Shown piece by piece: positions 48,256-57,520 of a DNA stretch of 63,660 nucleotides. The notes under the pieces were generated by a model that was not told the DNA's origin, ran no database searches, and saw nothing but the letters and a program-made list of their open reading frames with translations. The position numbers were made by a program, and so were the translations under genes. Numbering within the stretch: position 1 is the first letter of the stretch; the number at the start of each line of letters is the position of its first letter. Origin of the DNA: Gammaproteobacteria bacterium (lineage in GTDB: Bacteria; Pseudomonadota; Gammaproteobacteria; Eutrophobiales; Eutrophobiaceae); assembly GCA_021773245.1 (NCBI GenBank), contig JAJFKK010000088.1:1-63660 (forward strand), given 5' to 3'.

Positions 48256-49668
48256 CTAATGCGCCGCACTTGAGTAAAGCTGTTTTGATATTGAACCAAT
48301 ATCACCAGCTCCCAAGGTTAGTAATAAATCATTCTCTTCAAGCAGGCTCGATAGCACATCAGAGACTGTCTCTTTGTCTTCAACAAACACTGGTTCTACT
48401 AAACCTCTTAATCTAATGGCTCGACATAAAGAACGACTATCTGCTCCAGTTATGTGTTCCTCACCAGCTGGATAAACATCAAGCACTAATAAGCAATCAA
48501 CACTTGATAGAACATGACTAAAATCTTCAAACAAATCGCGTAGTCGTGTAAATCGATGAGGCTGATATATAACAACCAGACGTCTATCGGGCCAACCTGA
48601 TCTAATCGCATCAACGATTGCTGCTATCTCAGTAGGGTGATGGGCATAGTCATCGATTAATGTGATATTAGTATTATTCAACTTGATATCACCTCTAACA
48701 TGACATCGTCGAGATATGCCTTGAAAGTGGGAAAGCGCACGTACAATATCTTTATCGCTAACACCTAATTCATGCGCAATAGCAATAGATGCCAGTGCAT
48801 TTAATAAATTATGTTTACCGGGAAGGTTAAGTTCTATTTGTAACCAATCCTTGTTATCTTTATGTGAAACCTTAAACCAGGTTTTTGTCTTTTCCTGCTT
48901 TATTAATTCCGCATTATAGTCTGCTTCAAAATCAAGCCCATAAGTAACAACCGGCTTGGTAACTTCCGGTAAGATTTTTCGTACACCTTCATCATCAATA
49001 CATAGAACCGCTAAACCATAGAAAGGTAATTGATGTAAGAATTCAACAAAGTTATGTCGTAAATTTTCAAAATCACCTGCGTATGCATCAAGGTGATCGG
49101 CGTCGATGTTTGTAATCACTGCAATTACAGGATAAAGATGTAGAAAAGAAGCATCACTTTCATCGGCTTCAGCAACGATATATTTTCCTGTGCCTAGGCG
49201 TGCATGAGAACCTGAACTATTTAGCAATCCACCGATAACGTAAGTTGGATCTAGTCCACCTTCCGCCAAGACACTGGCAACCAAACTTGTTGTTGTTGTT
49301 TTACCATGTGTACCTGCTATCGCTATTCCCTGACTAAAGCGCATTAACTCAGCTAACATCTCTGCTCGTCGTACAATAGGGATTCTATTAACTCTTGCCG
49401 CAGTCACTTCTTCATTGTTTTCGTCTATCGCACTTGTAACAACGACAACATCCGTATCAGTTATATTTTCTGCAGCATGACCAATTTTCACTTTAACGCC
49501 GAATGACTCCAGCCTTTTTGTAATCGCACTTTCTTTAATATCAGAACCAGTAACCTCATAACCAATATTTTTAAGTACTTCGGCAATACCTCCCATGCCG
49601 GCACCACCTATCCCTATAAAATGGATATGTTTAACTCGGCCCATCGCATGTAATTGCATATCACGCAT
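48256..49668 (-). CDS. murC: UDP-N-acetylmuramate--L-alanine ligase
   Basis: The start is moved to ATG 49668 (MRDMQLHAMGRVKHIHFIGIGGAGMGGIAE). The longer track ORF would overlap murG by 41 nt. Mur ligase P-loop is GTHGKTTT. Confidence 0.95.
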   Translation of the reverse strand: MRDMQLHAMGRVKHIHFIGIGGAGMGGIAEVLKNIGYEVTGSDIKESAITKRLESFGVKVKIGHAAENITDTDVVVVTSAIDENNEEVTAARVNRIPIVRRAEMLAELMRFSQGIAIAGTHGKTTTTSLVASVLAEGGLDPTYVIGGLLNSSGSHARLGTGKYIVAEADESDASFLHLYPVIAVITNIDADHLDAYAGDFENLRHNFVEFLHQLPFYGLAVLCIDDEGVRKILPEVTKPVVTYGLDFEADYNAELIKQEKTKTWFKVSHKDNKDWLQIELNLPGKHNLLNALASIAIAHELGVSDKDIVRALSHFQGISRRCHVRGDIKLNNTNITLIDDYAHHPTEIAAIVDAIRSGWPDRRLVVIYQPHRFTRLRDLFEDFSHVLSSVDCLLVLDVYPAGEEHITGADSRSLCRAIRLRGLVEPVFVEDKETVSDVLSSLLEENDLLLTLGAGDIGSISKQLYSSAAH

Positions 49669-50746
49669 GAATAGCCTCCATGCATATCTTTGCAACATCA
49701 TCTGTTGCTGTTGGTTTTGAAAGTGCTCGCGCTTTAACTGCCATTTGCATCAACTCTTCAGGTGCAGAAAATAAACTTATCAAAATTTCTTTTAGTTTTT
49801 CTGAATTTAATTTTGCTTCCTGAATTAATATTGCCGCACCTTCATTCGAAAGGTACTTTCCATTTTCTGTTTGATGATCATCAACAGCATATGGAAATGG
49901 AATTAATATAGAGCCAATGCCAGACGCAGCTAATTCTGCAATAGTTAAAGCACCGGCACGACAAACGATAATATCAGCCCACGCATAGACTTCTGCCATA
50001 TCATTAATAAAAGGCATAAGCTCTACATTTACGTTATATTTTTTATACGCTGCTTCTGTATCAACAAGATGCCGTTCACCACATTGATGTTTAACTTCAA
50101 ATTTATAATTACTAGCTAAACTTGATAGTGTTTCCGGAATCACTTCATTAATTTTTTTTGCTCCAAGACTACCGCCAAGGATCAATATTTTTAATTTATT
50201 CTTATTTCGATTAGCAAAACGTTCTTCTGGAATAGATACATTCACAATATCATTACGAACAGGATTACCTGTTATTGTTAACTTGCTGGAATCTTTAAAG
50301 GCGCCAGGAAAAGCCGCCATAATAGATACTGCAAATGGTGCCAAGAGTCGATTTGTCAAACCAGCTATGGCATTTTGTTCATGTATAAGTAATGGTATTC
50401 GCATCAACCATGCAGCAATGCCACCTGGGCCGCTGGCAAATCCACCCATTCCCAGAACAACGACGGGGCGAACTTTTATCATAATCACCAATGCTTGAAA
50501 TAAGGCAATAACGATCATGAACGGAGTAAACAATAAACGTAATAGACCATTACCTCTTACACCTGATACATTTATTTTTAACAACGGATAACCATGATTT
50601 GGAACAACCTTCGCTTCCATCCCTTTATTAGTTCCTAACCAAAATAACTCAAAACCTCTTTCTTTTAAGTTATCTGCGACAGCCAATGCTGGATAAACAT
50701 GTCCACCGGTACCTCCTGCCATAATAAGAATATTTTTATCACGCAT
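49661..50746 (-). CDS. murG: Undecaprenyldiphospho-muramoylpentapeptide beta-N-acetylglucosaminyltransferase
   Basis: The start is moved to ATG 50746 (MRDKNILIMAGGTGGHVYPALAVA). The track ORF extension overlaps ftsW by about 100 nt. Confidence 0.95.
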   Translation of the reverse strand: MRDKNILIMAGGTGGHVYPALAVADNLKERGFELFWLGTNKGMEAKVVPNHGYPLLKINVSGVRGNGLLRLLFTPFMIVIALFQALVIMIKVRPVVVLGMGGFASGPGGIAAWLMRIPLLIHEQNAIAGLTNRLLAPFAVSIMAAFPGAFKDSSKLTITGNPVRNDIVNVSIPEERFANRNKNKLKILILGGSLGAKKINEVIPETLSSLASNYKFEVKHQCGERHLVDTEAAYKKYNVNVELMPFINDMAEVYAWADIIVCRAGALTIAELAASGIGSILIPFPYAVDDHQTENGKYLSNEGAAILIQEAKLNSEKLKEILISLFSAPEELMQMAVKARALSKPTATDDVAKICMEAIHA

Positions 50747-51947
50747 AAGTAGGCACCACTTTGTGAATTGTGTTGCGCGTATCCTGTCTATTCTCATATT
50801 CAATACGCAACAAAATTCCAAGTAACATACAGTAAACAATCATGCTGTTACCGCCATAACTCATCAGCGGCAAGGTCAACCCTTTAGTAGGCAACACACC
50901 CATGTTTACACCAATGTTTATGTAAGCTTGAATACCGATAATCAATCCAATACCGTAAGCAAAATATGCAGCAAAATATTTCTCAACACGTTCGGCTATA
51001 TGGCCAATGACAAAGGCACGCCATACGATAAATGAATATAAAAGTATCATCGTAATACTACCGAGAAGACCAAGTTCTTCAGCAAGAACAGAAAATACAA
51101 AATCAGTATGCGCTTCAGGCAAATAAAAGAGCTTTTGTACGCTGCTACCAAGACCAACACCAAACCAATCACCACGACCAAAAGCAATCAACGCTTGTGT
51201 TAATTGAAAACCACTGTCATAAGGATCTTTCCACGGATCAACAAAACTCATTAAACGTTGCATTCGATAGGGAGATAAAATTGCTAGAGTAACCAAAGCA
51301 CTAATAGCAACTGTTCCCCAAGCACAAAAACGGCTCAATGGAACACCCGCCATAAATAACATGCCTAATGCCGTTGAGAATAAAACGACACTTGCGCCGA
51401 AATCTGGCTCAAGTAATAACAGTCCTGAAATTAATGTTAGAACTCCAATCGGTCTGATGAAACCTTTAAATTCTGTTTGTACAGTTTCACCATGACGAAC
51501 GAGGTAGCTTGCTAGATAAGCAATAATGCATAGCTTAACAGGCTCGGATGCTTGCAATGAAAACGGACCTAATTGTATCCAGCGCATGCTGCCATTAACT
51601 TCCTTGCCAACACCAGGGATAAGAATAAGTACCAACATAAAAACAGCTATTATTAATAGCGTCATGCTTCCTGTTTCCCATATGCGCATAGGAACTTTCA
51701 ATATAATCAATGCTAATGACAGGCCTATCGTTGCCGCAAAACCCTGTCGCCAAAAATAATGCAGCGGATCATCAAACTCTCTTGCGGAAATAGCAATGGA
51801 AGCAGAAGAAACCATAACCAAACCAATACAAATCAGAAGTAGTGAAATACCCATTAACCAAAGGTCATAACCCACAATCAGCTTATTCTTTATATGATAA
51901 TGTGAAGCTAATGTTGCTTGTTTTTTGTATCGTGCTGACATTAACAA
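50739..51947 (-). CDS. ftsW: Peptidoglycan glycosyltransferase FtsW (SEDS family)
   Basis: 402 aa with about 10 TM helices. SEDS motifs are EPVKL, PEAHTDF and LPLMSYGGNS. Confidence 0.95.
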   Translation of the reverse strand: MLMSARYKKQATLASHYHIKNKLIVGYDLWLMGISLLLICIGLVMVSSASIAISAREFDDPLHYFWRQGFAATIGLSLALIILKVPMRIWETGSMTLLIIAVFMLVLILIPGVGKEVNGSMRWIQLGPFSLQASEPVKLCIIAYLASYLVRHGETVQTEFKGFIRPIGVLTLISGLLLLEPDFGASVVLFSTALGMLFMAGVPLSRFCAWGTVAISALVTLAILSPYRMQRLMSFVDPWKDPYDSGFQLTQALIAFGRGDWFGVGLGSSVQKLFYLPEAHTDFVFSVLAEELGLLGSITMILLYSFIVWRAFVIGHIAERVEKYFAAYFAYGIGLIIGIQAYINIGVNMGVLPTKGLTLPLMSYGGNSMIVYCMLLGILLRIEYENRQDTRNTIHKVVPTYA

Positions 51948-53320
51948 GACTCCAACTTATTTACAGCGTTAACAAAGTCGTCACCGCGTTGTTGGTAATT
52001 TTTATACATATCTAGACTGGCACAAGCAGGCGCCAATAAGATTATGTTTCCTGAGTTAGCCAATTGGCTTGCTCGTTCAACCGCTGCATCCATATCAGAA
52101 ACAAATTCATACAATGAATCAGTTCCTATAACATCTGCTAATTTATTTGCATCTACACCCAACAATAAAACTTTTTTAACATGTTCTTCTATCACAGGCT
52201 TTAAACCAGATAAATCAGCACCTTTACTGTCTCCTCCAGCAATCAAAATAATCTCGCCTAGATCACACAAGCCCTTAATAGATGCGATACATGCACCTAC
52301 ATTTGTCGCTTTAGAATCGTTATACCAACTAACATTATTTATTTTCTTAACTAACTGACATCGATGCTCCAAACCTTTAAAAGTCTTTAACGTTGCAACC
52401 ATCACATCAATCGAAACATTTACTGAACTTGCTAATGCCATTGCAGCTAAAGCATTAGCAAGATTATGTTCACCTTTAATAATTAATTCTTTTTGACTTA
52501 GTATTTTCTTATCGCCTTTACATAAAAAGGCTTCATCATTCTCTCTAATAACACCAAAATCTTTTTCAACTGGTTCAGAAAGTGAGAAGGAAACAGTTTG
52601 TCTAACATCATCTAGCATTGAATAAACAACATCATCATCCTTGTTAAGGACCATTAAACCCTGTCCTGAATAAATTTTATTCTTGGCACTGATATAATCA
52701 TCAAGACTTTGATAACGATCCATATGGTCAGGCGAAATATTTAATACTGCACTTGCATGCGCATTAAGTGAAAATGTTGTTTCTAGTTGAAAACTGGATA
52801 ATTCGAGCACATAAACATCAGGAACTGATTCATTTAGCAACTCAAGTACCGGCGTACCCAAATTTCCACCTACACAAATTTTCAAACCTGACTTACGAAT
52901 CATTTCTGCAACTAAAGTTGTTACCGTGCTTTTGCCATTAGAACCTGAGATCGCAATGATTGGTGCTGTAGCTTTTTGGCAAAATAATTCAATATCGCCA
53001 ATTACAGGTATGCCATTATTAATTGCCTGCTTAACACTTTTGTTTTCAAGTGAAACACCCGGACTTAATATAATTTGATCAGCTGCCAATAATACTTTTG
53101 TACTGATATCACCAAGATAAACAGGTATCGATTCAAATTCATTTATTAAAGTCGATAACTCAGGTGGTTCATTACGGCTATCAGTAACAGCAATATTTAA
53201 ACCTTGCTTGTTTAAGTAACGGACACACGAAAGCCCGGTCTTGCCGAGACCAACTATAACCACATCGAAATGTAAGTTAGCTTCTTTCATTGTTATCTTT
53301 TTTTCCGTAGTACAAAACAA
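51941..53320 (-). CDS. murD: UDP-N-acetylmuramoylalanine--D-glutamate ligase
   Basis: 459 aa. The N-terminal Rossmann motif is VIVGLGKTGLS and the P-loop is GSNGKSTV. An alternative start is ATG 53290 (MKEANLH). Confidence 0.95.
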   Translation of the reverse strand: MFCTTEKKITMKEANLHFDVVIVGLGKTGLSCVRYLNKQGLNIAVTDSRNEPPELSTLINEFESIPVYLGDISTKVLLAADQIILSPGVSLENKSVKQAINNGIPVIGDIELFCQKATAPIIAISGSNGKSTVTTLVAEMIRKSGLKICVGGNLGTPVLELLNESVPDVYVLELSSFQLETTFSLNAHASAVLNISPDHMDRYQSLDDYISAKNKIYSGQGLMVLNKDDDVVYSMLDDVRQTVSFSLSEPVEKDFGVIRENDEAFLCKGDKKILSQKELIIKGEHNLANALAAMALASSVNVSIDVMVATLKTFKGLEHRCQLVKKINNVSWYNDSKATNVGACIASIKGLCDLGEIILIAGGDSKGADLSGLKPVIEEHVKKVLLLGVDANKLADVIGTDSLYEFVSDMDAAVERASQLANSGNIILLAPACASLDMYKNYQQRGDDFVNAVNKLESC

Positions 53321-53330
53321 GTAAGCTTCC

Positions 53331-54413
53331 TCAGCGTATCTTCAGACTGGCAAGGCCAATCAATACAAGAATTACCGTTACAATCCAAAATCGAACTATT
53401 ACTCTAGGTTCTGGCCAACCTTTAAGTTCATAGTGATGATGTAACGGAGCCATTTTAAAAATTCTTTTCCCAGTTAATTTATATGAACTAACTTGTAATA
53501 TGACTGATACGGTTTCCATAACAAAAACACCGCCCATAATAAAAAGTGCCAGCTCTTGTCGAACGACAACAGCGACAACACCTAATGCTGCTCCTAGTGC
53601 AAGCGCACCAATATCTCCCATAAAAACCTGAGCTGGATATGTGTTAAACCAAAGGAAGCCCAAACCAGCTCCAGCAATAGCACCACAAAAAATAGCCACC
53701 TCACCAACACCTGGCACATAAGGAATACCTAAATATTCTGCAAAACGAACATGACCCGTTGCATAGGCAAAAATAGCTAATGCTCCAGCAACGAGTACCG
53801 TAGGTAAAATTGCTAAACCATCAAGACCATCTGTTAAATTAACTGCATTACTAGAACCTACAATGACAAAATATGTAAGTACGACATATAACCAGCCCAA
53901 ATCAAAAACAAGCGACTTAACAAATGGAACGATTAATTGTGTTTCGACAGGAAGCGTCGCAGATTGAAATAGATAAATTGCAGCACCAAGTCCAACAGCA
54001 GATTGTGCCGCATACTTATATTTAGCACTTAATCCTTTTGGATCGTTATTAACAACCTTTTTATAGTCATCAATTAATCCAATTATACCAAATAACAATG
54101 TCACTATTGTAACGACCAGGACATAACGGTTACTAATATCAGCCCAACATAAGGTACTAAACGTTATTGAAATAAGAATTAATAAACCGCCCATTGTAGG
54201 CGTACCTGATTTTTCAAGATGCGTTTGCGGGCCATCATCTCTGATACTTTGACCAATTTGATTATGCGTTAAGCGCCGTATTAAATAAGGACCGAAAAGA
54301 AATGAAATAAACAATGAGGTCAAAACACCCAATATTATTCTTAATGTTAAATAGCTAAATACATTAAAACCGCTATTAAACTGAGCAAGGTATTCTGTTA
54401 ACCAGAGCAACAT
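53331..54413 (-). CDS. mraY: Phospho-N-acetylmuramoyl-pentapeptide transferase
   Basis: 360 aa with about 10 TM helices. Motifs [18 protein letters not shown] and HHHYE are present. Confidence 0.97.
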   Translation of the reverse strand: MLLWLTEYLAQFNSGFNVFSYLTLRIILGVLTSLFISFLFGPYLIRRLTHNQIGQSIRDDGPQTHLEKSGTPTMGGLLILISITFSTLCWADISNRYVLVVTIVTLLFGIIGLIDDYKKVVNNDPKGLSAKYKYAAQSAVGLGAAIYLFQSATLPVETQLIVPFVKSLVFDLGWLYVVLTYFVIVGSSNAVNLTDGLDGLAILPTVLVAGALAIFAYATGHVRFAEYLGIPYVPGVGEVAIFCGAIAGAGLGFLWFNTYPAQVFMGDIGALALGAALGVVAVVVRQELALFIMGGVFVMETVSVILQVSSYKLTGKRIFKMAPLHHHYELKGWPEPRVIVRFWIVTVILVLIGLASLKIR

Positions 54414-55772
54414 TTATTTTTGTTCCTCCATCAGTGAATTAACAACTCGTTCCATCTGCATGTAACGTGAACCCTTAATAAGAATTGTCACATCATCATT
54501 TAAAACTTCTGACAACCCCTTCTCTAACGCATCAAAAGACTCAAAATGATTACCACCCGAACCATAACTTTGCACAGCGTTAGCACTCAATTCACCTATC
54601 GAAAATAAGCCATCAATTTTTGCAGCTCTGGCAACCTTTCCAGCTTCAACATGATGCTGTTCTGCAGTTTCACCAAGTTCGCCCATATCACCTAAAACCA
54701 AATAACGAGATCCACCATAGGCACTCAACACATCAATAGCAGCGCTGAGTGACCGCGGATTTGCATTGTATGTATCATCGATAATTCTTACTCCCTGCTT
54801 ACCATTCTTAATTTGTAATCGTCCCTTAACAGGAACCATTTTTTCCAAACCGTTTTTAATCGTAGACAGGGAAATTTCTAAACTCAGACAACATGCCGCT
54901 GCAGCAAGTGCATTCATAACATTATGCTTGCCTGATAAAGGAAGCTTTATATCAATCTTGTCTTCATTAAAAACCAAACTGAAACTCACACTTGCATCTT
55001 CTGCTATAAATTCAACCTTTTCAGCTTTAACATTGACATCATCCGATAACATGCCGAAGGTAAGTTGCTGTTGATTTTGACAAGTCTCCTTCCAAAACCC
55101 GGCAAACGGATCATCAGCATTAATTATTGCTGTACCGGAAGATTGTAAACCTGAATAAATTTCAGCCTTAGCTTTAGCAACACCTTCGACACTTCCAAAG
55201 CCTTCAAGATGCGATGGAGCACATTGAGTAATGACGGCAACATTAGGGCGTGCAATTGCACTTAACCACTCAATTTCACCTGGATGGTTAGCGCCCATTT
55301 CAATCACTGCATATTGATGTTTTTTATCAAGCCCAAATAAGGTTAATGGCACACCAACATCATTATTGAGATTGCCAGATGTTGCATGTACTTCAGAAGT
55401 TTCAGATAAAATACTACTTACCATTTCTTTAACAGTGGTCTTACCATTACTACCAGTAATCGCAATTAATGGTATCGATATTTCATCGCGCCATGTTCTC
55501 GCTAGCAGCCCCATTGCTTTACGTGTGTCTTTAACTTGCAATACTGGTTTCGTATGATTTACTTCTTGCTCAAGTATCAAAGAAGACGCACCATTATCTT
55601 CAGCTAAAGATACATAATCATGGCCATCAAAGTTTTCGCCTTTTATTGCAATAAATAGATTTCCATCTTTAATCGTTCGACTATCGATACTACAACCTGA
55701 AAAAATAATATCTTTCCCGTTATAATTTGAATGGATAGCATTAGCAGCTTTTGAAAGTGACATACTTATCAT
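54414..55772 (-). CDS. murF: UDP-N-acetylmuramoyl-tripeptide--D-alanyl-D-alanine ligase
   Basis: 452 aa. Mur ligase P-loop is GSNGKTT. Its start overlaps the murE stop (ATGA). Confidence 0.95.
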   Translation of the reverse strand: MISMSLSKAANAIHSNYNGKDIIFSGCSIDSRTIKDGNLFIAIKGENFDGHDYVSLAEDNGASSLILEQEVNHTKPVLQVKDTRKAMGLLARTWRDEISIPLIAITGSNGKTTVKEMVSSILSETSEVHATSGNLNNDVGVPLTLFGLDKKHQYAVIEMGANHPGEIEWLSAIARPNVAVITQCAPSHLEGFGSVEGVAKAKAEIYSGLQSSGTAIINADDPFAGFWKETCQNQQQLTFGMLSDDVNVKAEKVEFIAEDASVSFSLVFNEDKIDIKLPLSGKHNVMNALAAAACCLSLEISLSTIKNGLEKMVPVKGRLQIKNGKQGVRIIDDTYNANPRSLSAAIDVLSAYGGSRYLVLGDMGELGETAEQHHVEAGKVARAAKIDGLFSIGELSANAVQSYGSGGNHFESFDALEKGLSEVLNDDVTILIKGSRYMQMERVVNSLMEEQK

Positions 55773-57277
55773 GAGTCACCTTCCGTCAAACGTCTTGCCA
55801 ATTCACGATCACTAAAAGGCAATAGCGTAGTGCCAATCTGCTGTGTATTTTCATGGCCTTTACCTGCAATTAAAATCACATCTTCTTCTGTGGCATTTAG
55901 AAATGTATTTATAACTGCATCCGAACGATCATATTTAATTATCACTTTAGACTTTTCTTTAATTCCATCTAAAATATTTTCAATAATTATTTTTTCATCT
56001 TCTGTACGCGGATTGTCATTCGTTAAAACAATTTGGTCTGCTAATGATTCAGCAATAGCACCCATTTCAGATCGCTTGCCAACATCACGATCTCCACCGC
56101 ATCCAAATACGCAATATAATTTCCCCTTACAATAAGAACGTAGCGTATTTAATGCTTTTTCTAGCGCATCTGGTGTATGAGCATAATCGACAACAAGTAA
56201 TGGTTTATTTTTCGAAACAAAGTATTCCATCCGCCCTGGTACGCCACTAAAATCTGACAAGGATTCTGCGACATCCTCTATTGATAAACCAGACGCGCAT
56301 AATGATGTAAATGCGGCCAAAATATTTTCAATATTAAATATTCCCAAAAGATTTGTGTGAACAAAAACTTCTCCCCAGGGGCTTTCTATTGTTAATTTTG
56401 TTTTAAGATTTTCACTTTCTATTTTTTTACAAAATATATATGAAATATTTTTATTCTTAACTACGACATGATTTGTTTTTGTTGAATAAGCATATATTTT
56501 TAAATCACTTGAAATTAATTCGATAAATTTCACGCCATACGCATCATCAATATTTATAATGGCTTGTTCTAGTTCTGCTGTTTGAAACAATTGAAATTTT
56601 GCAGCAGCATAATCTTCAAATGTCTGATGATAATCAAGATGATCACGACTTAAGTTTGTAAAGACAGCCGTATTAAATTTAGTTCCAGACACTCTACCTT
56701 GGTCAAGAGCATGAGAAGAAACTTCCATCACGACAGAATCAACTTCATTACGCCAATCAGAAAATAAAGAGTGTAACTTAACGGGATCTGGTGTCGTTGT
56801 ATTTGCTGACTGTACTTTTCCAAATGGACCGTTACCAATTGTACCTATGACAGCTGATTTTTTTCCAAGCATCGATAAAACCTGAGCAACCATATAAGAA
56901 ACGGTAGTCTTACCATTCGTTCCAGTAACACCTATTACTTGCATTCGTTTCGATGGTTCATCGTAAAATCGACTTATTATAACTCCAGCCTGTTTACGTA
57001 AATTAGAGACTCTCACCATCTGAATCGAAACTGAGTCGAAATTAGTAGTTTCAGTTTCATCAATTAATATTACTGACGCACCAGCTTCAATAGCATCATT
57101 AATATAATCGACACCATTTACACTCGTTCCTCGATAAGCCATAAATAAGTCACCAGACTTTACTTCTCTACTATCAATAGCAACACCGGTTACATCAATA
57201 GATGCTGTAACATTTGCTAAACCACTTAAGAGTTCAGTTAGTGATTTTGAGAAATTCAATTTTTCAGCCGTCATCAT
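55769..57277 (-). CDS. murE: UDP-N-acetylmuramoyl-L-alanyl-D-glutamate--2,6-diaminopimelate ligase
   Basis: 502 aa. P-loop is GTNGKTT. The DNPR motif (LTNDNPRTED) indicates meso-DAP specificity. Confidence 0.95.
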   Translation of the reverse strand: MMTAEKLNFSKSLTELLSGLANVTASIDVTGVAIDSREVKSGDLFMAYRGTSVNGVDYINDAIEAGASVILIDETETTNFDSVSIQMVRVSNLRKQAGVIISRFYDEPSKRMQVIGVTGTNGKTTVSYMVAQVLSMLGKKSAVIGTIGNGPFGKVQSANTTTPDPVKLHSLFSDWRNEVDSVVMEVSSHALDQGRVSGTKFNTAVFTNLSRDHLDYHQTFEDYAAAKFQLFQTAELEQAIINIDDAYGVKFIELISSDLKIYAYSTKTNHVVVKNKNISYIFCKKIESENLKTKLTIESPWGEVFVHTNLLGIFNIENILAAFTSLCASGLSIEDVAESLSDFSGVPGRMEYFVSKNKPLLVVDYAHTPDALEKALNTLRSYCKGKLYCVFGCGGDRDVGKRSEMGAIAESLADQIVLTNDNPRTEDEKIIIENILDGIKEKSKVIIKYDRSDAVINTFLNATEEDVILIAGKGHENTQQIGTTLLPFSDRELARRLTEGDS

Positions 57278-57519
57278 CCTGTAAGCCTCTGTTGAATTCG
57301 TTTGGAGGTGCGTTTTTCAAACTTAGTTGCGCCGACTAGAAAGTCGCACATAGCCATGCTATGTAAGGCTTTTGCTGTCAAGCAAATGAGTTTGAAAAAC
57401 GTGCATCCAAATGAATAGGCGAACGTATTTAATAAGCAACCTTCTAGAATAGTATTACACTCTATTTTTACAGGCATGATTGTAATTATGTGCCGGTCAA
57501 TTGAGGGTTCTAGGATCAT
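57274..57519 (-). CDS. Possible 81-codon ORF exactly filling the ftsI-murE spacer (coding status doubtful)
   Basis: ATG 57519 lies one nt after the ftsI stop. The frame stays open for 81 codons and ends in an ATGA overlap with the murE start. The product is Cys-rich (MILEPSIDRH...CTFFKLICL...KFEKRTSKRIQQRLTG) and is translated across a long inverted repeat, which argues for a non-coding structured element instead. Confidence 0.3.
   Translation of the reverse strand: MILEPSIDRHIITIMPVKIECNTILEGCLLNTFAYSFGCTFFKLICLTAKALHSMAMCDFLVGATKFEKRTSKRIQQRLTG
57309..57404. repeat. Imperfect ~22-bp inverted repeat enclosing small hairpins (structured element inside the dcw operon)
   Basis: The arms are 57309-57330 and 57382-57404. 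A 13-bp perfect core CGTTTTTCAAACT (57311-57323) pairs with AGTTTGAAAAACG (57389-57401). Inner hairpins are CGACT-agaa-AGTCG (57333-57346) and ACATAG-ccatg-CTATGT (57348-57364). No U-tract follows on the transcribed strand. Confidence 0.7.
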
Positions 57520-57520
57520 A

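Noticed and set aside
49660-50746. Identical 9-nt junction ATGCGTGAT at both ftsW/murG and murG/murC boundaries (each downstream gene starts MRD and the upstream TGA stop lies within the downstream gene's codons 2-3)
   Set aside because: This is real in the sequence. It is most simply explained as ordinary translational coupling plus coincidence of two short N-termini, so it is not evidence of a repeat element.
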